From an uncultured Gammaproteobacteria bacterium (GTDB lineage Bacteria > Patescibacteriota > Patescibacteriia > 2-01-FULL-39-33), in NCBI GenBank assembly GCA_964573235.1, contig CAZNIV010000003.1, positions 1,482 through 65,481 on the forward strand: a stretch of DNA of 64,000 nt, given 5' to 3'. The notes under the pieces are model-generated. The model ran no database searches, was not told the origin of the DNA, and was given only the letters and a program-made list of their open reading frames with translations. Position 1 is the first letter of the stretch. Every line of letters begins with the position of its first letter. Below are positions 59,460 through 64,000 of this stretch, piece by piece. Position numbers and translations under genes: made by a program.

Positions 59460-59535
59460 TTATCTATTCTTCCTTTACAGTTTTCTTACAATATTATACT
59501 ATATAAGCAAAACAAAGTCTAACTTTTTATTAAAT

Positions 59536-60144
59536 ATGCTTGAACAAATTTTTGGTTCAAATACAAGAGTGCTTCTTTTACGTCTTTTTCTCAATAATCC
59601 TGAGCGTTTTTATTTTGTTCGAGAGATTACTAGGGATTTGGGTTTGCATTTAAATTCAGTTCGTCGTGAGCTTGATAATTTATCGCATATTGGTATTGTT
59701 ACTTCTCATAATAAAGCAGATTTGCAGGATGAGAGTGAAAAAGAAATTAAAGATAATAAGAGGTATTATAAACTTAACAACAACTTTGTTTTTATTGAAG
59801 AGTTGCGCGCTTTAATCATTAAGGCTAATTTGATTTTAGAAGAATCGTTGCCAGAGGCGGTGGATAAGCTAGGTGATATTAAATTTTGTTTATTATCTGG
59901 TAAATTTGTTGGTCGTGATGGTTCGTCTGTAGATTTGCTTTTGGTGGGCTCAAAGATTAATCAGACTAAGTTTTTAAAGTTAATTAATATGTTTGAGAGT
60001 GAGTTGCGTGTTATTATTGATTATACGGTTTTGACGGTAGAGGATTTTCTTTATCGCAAGTCTATTTCGGATCGATTCATCTATGACTTGTTAGATAATA
60101 AGAATCTAGTAGTCATTGATCGTTTATCCGCTTCAAAGTCATAA
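59536..60144 (+). CDS. winged-HTH plus minimal nucleotidyltransferase (MNT-like) fusion protein
   Basis: N-terminal wHTH (ArsR-like). The C-terminal GKFVGRDGSSVDLLLVG segment fits the pol-beta NTase GS...D.D motif. Confidence 0.45.
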   Translation: MLEQIFGSNTRVLLLRLFLNNPERFYFVREITRDLGLHLNSVRRELDNLSHIGIVTSHNKADLQDESEKEIKDNKRYYKLNNNFVFIEELRALIIKANLILEESLPEAVDKLGDIKFCLLSGKFVGRDGSSVDLLLVGSKINQTKFLKLINMFESELRVIIDYTVLTVEDFLYRKSISDRFIYDLLDNKNLVVIDRLSASKS

Positions 60145-60146
60145 TT

Positions 60147-60560
60147 ATGTTTTTGATTATTAATACAACCGATGGTAACTTTGTAGAACTGATTTTAGCT
60201 AATAATCAGGAGGTTTTTAAGGTAAAAACTAGTCCAGCGGCTTATCATCAGGCGGAAAAGTTATTAAAAATGGTTGAAGATTTTTTGCGATTAGAAAAGG
60301 TGGCTTTAACTGAATTGACGGCGATTGGGGTGGTTAATGGACCTGGTGGCTATACCTCATTGCGTATCGGAGTGATTGCTGCTAATACCTTGGCTTATGC
60401 TTTAAAAATTAAGACAGTGGGGATTAGCCTAAATGAGTTTAAGGGCAATAATCAGTTAGTTAAAAAAGTAATAGAAAAATTTCAATTAGTAGCTAAAAAT
60501 GAATTTGTTTTAGCGCATAATATAATTTTACCAGAATATAAAGATACTAAGGGAGTTTAG
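60147..60560 (+). CDS. tsaB: tRNA threonylcarbamoyladenosine biosynthesis protein TsaB (short)
   Basis: The GPGGYTSLRIG motif is typical of YeaZ/TsaB. Confidence 0.65.
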   Translation: MFLIINTTDGNFVELILANNQEVFKVKTSPAAYHQAEKLLKMVEDFLRLEKVALTELTAIGVVNGPGGYTSLRIGVIAANTLAYALKIKTVGISLNEFKGNNQLVKKVIEKFQLVAKNEFVLAHNIILPEYKDTKGV

Positions 60561-60606
60561 GAGAGTTATGCACAGTTTAAGCGCTTAATTGGATTTTGTT
60601 TTTATA

Positions 60607-60630
60607 GAAATGGCTTTTTTAAGCCATTTT
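60607..60630 (+). terminator. terminator after tsaB
   Basis: AAATGGCT-tttttt-AGCCATTT followed by T5. Confidence 0.5.
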
Positions 60631-60657
60631 TTATTTATTAAAAAACAACTGAAAAGT

Positions 60658-60687
60658 ATTGACGCTGGGTTAAAAATAGCTTATAAT
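60658..60687 (+). promoter_or_regulatory. putative Pmra promoter of mraZ
   Basis: TGGACG/TTGGAC, a 17-18 nt spacer, then TATAAT at 60682-60687. Confidence 0.4.
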
Positions 60688-60697
60688 TTATTCATCA

Positions 60698-60723
60698 GTG
60701 GTGAACAGTGGGGATGGGTGGGG
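60698..60723 (+). promoter_or_regulatory. MraZ-operator-like triple direct repeat GTGGKG with 10-bp period
   Basis: GTGGTG at 60698, GTGGGG at 60708 and GTGGGG at 60718. They lie between the -10 and the mraZ ATG at 60747. Confidence 0.45.
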
Positions 60724-60746
60724 AAATATAAAGAAAACTAAAATCT

Positions 60747-61178
60747 ATGTTTGTCGGCCAATACACTCACAATTTGGACAATAAAGGACGATTAGCGGTT
60801 CCAGCCAAATATCGTTCTGAATTGAAAAAAGCGATTGTCACCAAGGGTTTTGATGATTGTTTGTTTTTGTACACTAAAAAAGATTGGGAACCAGTGGCTA
60901 AAAAATGGGCTGAGCTTTCTGTGAGTAAGTCTAATAATCGTGCCATTGCTAGATTTATGTTGGCGAGTGCTACCGAAGTAGAATTAGATAAACAAGGCAG
61001 AATTGTTTTACCGGAGTATCTTAGATTATTTGCTGGTTTAAGTAAGTCGGCCATTGTGGCTGGTTTATATAATCGTTTAGAAATCTGGGATGAAGAGCGT
61101 TGGAATAAATACCAAACAGAAACAGAAAAGCATACGAATGAAATTGCTGAAGCCCTAAGTGAAGTAAACGTAGAATAA
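60747..61178 (+). CDS. mraZ: transcriptional regulator MraZ
   Basis: MFVGQYTHNLDNKGRLAVPAKYR, with two tandem DxxxR-type repeats. Confidence 0.9.
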   Translation: MFVGQYTHNLDNKGRLAVPAKYRSELKKAIVTKGFDDCLFLYTKKDWEPVAKKWAELSVSKSNNRAIARFMLASATEVELDKQGRIVLPEYLRLFAGLSKSAIVAGLYNRLEIWDEERWNKYQTETEKHTNEIAEALSEVNVE

Positions 61179-61179
61179 T

Positions 61180-62085
61180 ATGACTGTTCATGAACCAGTA
61201 ATGCTTAAAGAGGTTTTGGAATATTTAGCACCTAAACCAAATGGTAATTTTGTAGATTGTACTTTTGGCGGTGGAGGTCATAGCTTAGCGATTCTTAAGT
61301 TGATTAGACCAAATGGTCAAGTAGTTGGTATCGATTGGGATCCTAAGGCGGTTACTAAACTTGAATTAAGGGATGAAAACTTATTGATTATTAATGAAAA
61401 TTATCGCCAATTTTCTAAGATTGTTAAGCAGGTAAGAGAAAAATATAATTTTGGTGAAATTGATGGTATTTTGATGGACTTAGGTTATTCCTCTGATCAG
61501 TTGGAAGATGATAGAGGATTCAGTTTTCAAAAAAATGATTATCTAGATTTACGCTATAATCCAACTTCTGGTGGATTAACCGGCGCTGATATAATTCGCA
61601 CTTATAGCCAGAAAGAATTGTTTGAACTTTTGAAAAAATACGGAGAAGAAACCTTGGCTTGGGATATTTCCAAGAAGATTGTGTGGCAACGGGAAAATGG
61701 AAGAGTGCCAGAGACGGCTGATATGCTTGTCCAGCTTGTCTCTGATGCTTATCGTCGCCACTTTAAAACACCTTCAAAGAAAAATCCCTCCACTAAGGTT
61801 TTTCAGGCATTAAGAATTGCGGTTAATGATGAATATGGCAATATCTTAGCTACTTTACCTCAGGCAATCGCAGAATTAAAGGTGGGTGGTAGATTGGCGG
61901 TAATTACCTTTCATTCGGGAGAGGATAAGATAGTAAAAAGTTTTTTTTCTGAAATGGCCAAGGCTGAAGAGCCAAAAATCAAATTGGTTAATAGAAAGGC
62001 AATCGAAGCTAGTATTGAGGAGGTAGAAGTTAATCCGCGTAGTCGTAGTGCTAAATTAAGAGTGGTAGAAAAAATAAATCAATAA
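61180..62085 (+). CDS. rsmH: 16S rRNA (cytosine1402-N4)-methyltransferase RsmH
   Basis: GGGGHS SAM motif and an RsmH fold. Confidence 0.9.
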   Translation: MTVHEPVMLKEVLEYLAPKPNGNFVDCTFGGGGHSLAILKLIRPNGQVVGIDWDPKAVTKLELRDENLLIINENYRQFSKIVKQVREKYNFGEIDGILMDLGYSSDQLEDDRGFSFQKNDYLDLRYNPTSGGLTGADIIRTYSQKELFELLKKYGEETLAWDISKKIVWQRENGRVPETADMLVQLVSDAYRRHFKTPSKKNPSTKVFQALRIAVNDEYGNILATLPQAIAELKVGGRLAVITFHSGEDKIVKSFFSEMAKAEEPKIKLVNRKAIEASIEEVEVNPRSRSAKLRVVEKINQ

Positions 62086-62099
62086 ATAAATAAAATATC

Positions 62100-62474
62100 A
62101 TGTGTCGACTGTGGAATAACAATCAGGGAGGGTGTAATCATTTTCCTAATTTATCTAAAAAGAATAGAACTTCTTTATTTTTACTAAAAGCATTAACGCC
62201 AGTTAAGGTTTTTGTTCTAGTTTTTTTATTAATGATTGTTTCCGGAGGTTTTTATCTTAATTTAATCAATCAGTCAGCCACTACCGGTTATCAGATTAAT
62301 GAGTTGGAAAATGAAATGACTAGCCTACAAGATGAAAACGCTAAGTTAAGTTTGCAGTATGTGCAATTAAAATCAGTGGATAATATTGTTAGTTATGCTA
62401 AGAAGTCTGATTTAGTAGCGGTTATTAATATGGAGGTAATTGATAATTCAGGGATGGCGGTAGCTATGCGCTAA
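62100..62474 (+). CDS. FtsL-like cell division protein
   Basis: Small bitopic protein with a coiled-coil segment, in the canonical dcw position. Start uncertain. Confidence 0.45.
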   Translation: MCRLWNNNQGGCNHFPNLSKKNRTSLFLLKALTPVKVFVLVFLLMIVSGGFYLNLINQSATTGYQINELENEMTSLQDENAKLSLQYVQLKSVDNIVSYAKKSDLVAVINMEVIDNSGMAVAMR

Positions 62475-62550
62475 TAAGTGGCAAATATATTTCAAAAAAT
62501 GTTATGATAAGGGTGCCGATGAGGCTTTCTTTTCATATATAGATAAAATC

Positions 62551-64000
62551 GATGCGTTGGCGTAAACAATTTATTTTCAATCAAGGTAGTCATAATGCTT
62601 TAAAGGGTAAGGACAAGGGGCGTGTCCGTATTAGGGTTTTAACATTTATTTTTGTCGGCCTTGCTTTACTAATTTCGGGTCGTTTATTTAGTTTGCAAAT
62701 TTTGCGAGGTGATTCTTATACGGCCTTAGCAATGGGTCAACATGAGTTGTATAAAAAGCTTTTTCCAGAAAGAGGTTCAATTTTTGTAGTTGATAAAAAT
62801 GATGGTAAAAATACATTATTTCCGGTAGTGACTAATCAAACCATGATGATGCTTTATGCGGTGCCACCAGAAATCAAAGATGCCTCAAGTACAGCCACTC
62901 AATTATTTGATGTCTTGGGTTATAGTAAAGAAATAGATGAAAAGGAAGAAAAAGTTAAATTATTTGCGGATATTTCTGCGGAGTTAGATCCGATTATGAC
63001 GGCGGAAATTAAAAATACTCGTTGGAAGGATTTTTTAGATAATTTAAAGATGGAGGAAATTAATAAGATGATTTTGGCTTTTTCTAATAAAAAAAGTTTG
63101 TATAAACCGATCCGTCAACGCCTAACGGAAGAGCAAGTGAATAAGATTAAGGCTTTAAATATAGGTGGTTTATATTTTAAAGAGGAGGTTTGGCGTTTTT
63201 ATCCAGAGAAATCATTGGGCGGTCAGATTTTTGGTTTCATGGGGTATGTGGGCAATGATCGAAAGGGTGTTTATGGTTTAGAAGGATATTATAATGATCT
63301 GTTAACTGGTCAATTTGGGGAGATTACTTCAGAAAAGGATTTGTTTGGTAATATTATTCCAGTTAGTTGGCGGAATGTAGATGAAAAAGAAGATGGTTCA
63401 GATATAGTTTTAACAATTGATCGCGCCATTCAGTACAAGGCTTGCCAGGCTATTGGAGAGGCAGTTAAAAAGTATCAAGCGGAGAGTGGAACAGTGGTAG
63501 TGATGGATCCAAAAACGGGGGCGATTATTGCGATGTGTGGGGCGCCTGATTATGATCCGGATAATTATTCGGATGTTAAAGATTCTTCTATTTATGTTAA
63601 TAAGGCAACCTCAATGGCTTATGAACCTGGTTCTATTTTTAAGTCGTTTACCATGGCAGGCGCCTTAGATGCAGGTAAAGTTAAGCCAGATACGGTTTAT
63701 GAAGATACTGGCTTAGTGCAATATGATCAATTTAACATTCGTAATTTTAACGATAAAGTTTATGGTTTACAGACCATGACTCAGGTTTTAGAAAAATCCT
63801 TAAATACTGGCGTTATTTATGCTATGCGTCAGATGACAGCAAAGGTTTTTAAGCAGTATGTTAAAGATTTTGGATTTGGTGAAAAAACAGGAGTAGAATT
63901 ATCCAGCGAGGTTGGTGGTGATATTAATAATTTAAACAGAAAAGGAGAGGTTTATTCGGCCACGGCTTCGTTTGGTCAAGGTATTATGGCGACGCCATTG
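62551..64000 (+). CDS. ftsI: penicillin-binding protein 2 / FtsI transpeptidase, 3'-truncated by window edge
   Basis: ATG at 62551 gives MRWRKQF..., then a TM helix, a PBP dimerisation domain, and the SxxK motif (GSIFKSF). Absent from the ORF track because no stop falls in the window. Confidence 0.8.

Noticed and set aside
4157-61761. Many short ORFs antisense to, or frame-shifted within, confidently assigned genes (e.g. 4157-4372, 5340-5537, 8348-8590, 8702-8932, 9031-9216, 10402-10650, 12345-12590, 14146-14883, 15432-15650, 16537-16722, 23118-23668, 24209-24421, 28878-29129, 30001-30207, 33356-33550, 34790-35460, 35852-36067, 38086-38418, 41457-41642, 42099-42284, 44597-44851, 49222-49464, 51501-51701, 52515-53058, 53649-53870, 56590-56862, 58174-58948, 60767-61054, 61576-61761)
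   Set aside because: They are fully embedded in longer genes with clear homology and have low-complexity translations. These are typical AT-rich-genome shadow ORFs.
1-64000. CRISPR arrays, rRNA and tRNA genes, integrase or transposase genes
   Set aside because: No short regularly spaced direct repeats were seen. No intergenic region is large enough for an rRNA. No tRNA-like cloverleaf was found in intergenic segments. No recombinase-like ORFs are present.

Overview
This 64-kb window is low-GC (~33-38 % by eye), compact and densely coding. Most of it is housekeeping genes, and the style looks like a small-genome Patescibacteria/CPR-like bacterium: short versions of MetRS, TsaB and RmlA, a type IV pilus locus with giant pseudopilins, and a split division/cell-wall (dcw) cluster. 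That lineage assignment is inference from gene content only.

The content falls into four regions:
- Coordinates 1-21.3 kb are core genes: typA (5'-partial), a UvrD-family helicase, truB, a ZIP transporter, rsmI, metG, a CvpA-family protein, a TatD-family hydrolase, murA, ctpA, rpmA, IscU/NFU Fe-S scaffolds, rmlB-rmlA, and a cysteine desulfurase.
- Coordinates 21.3-30.6 kb are a minus-strand type IV pilus operon: PilB, PilC, a 605-aa and a 213-aa prepilin-type protein, a PilX-like protein, PilM, PilN, a PilO-like protein and a small membrane protein.
- Coordinates 30.7-40.1 kb are a minus-strand cell-surface glycan/adhesin operon: two GT4 glycosyltransferases, a Wzy/O-antigen-ligase-like polymerase, a Wzz-like chain-length protein, an FG-GAP-repeat protein and a DUF11-like repeat protein. 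It is interrupted by a sharply delimited ~650-bp high-GC (~58-60 %) island encoding one secreted protein with a Gram-negative-style signal peptide.
- Coordinates 40.1-64 kb hold a perfect 447-bp tandem duplication across the junction of a small membrane protein gene and mraY. After it come mraY, a CofE-like ligase, murD, ftsW, murG, murC, murB, hpf, secA, a Nudix-fpg pair, a divergent PAP2-like gene and uppP, mltG, rplJ-rplL behind a leader/attenuator, a 792-aa transmembrane protein, a wHTH-nucleotidyltransferase fusion, tsaB, and mraZ-rsmH-ftsL-ftsI (3'-partial). Upstream of mraZ is a GTGG-triple-repeat operator-like site.

I found no rRNA, tRNA or CRISPR. The most unusual items are the foreign-looking GC island, the exact tandem duplication at mraY, and the CofE-like gene inside the peptidoglycan operon.
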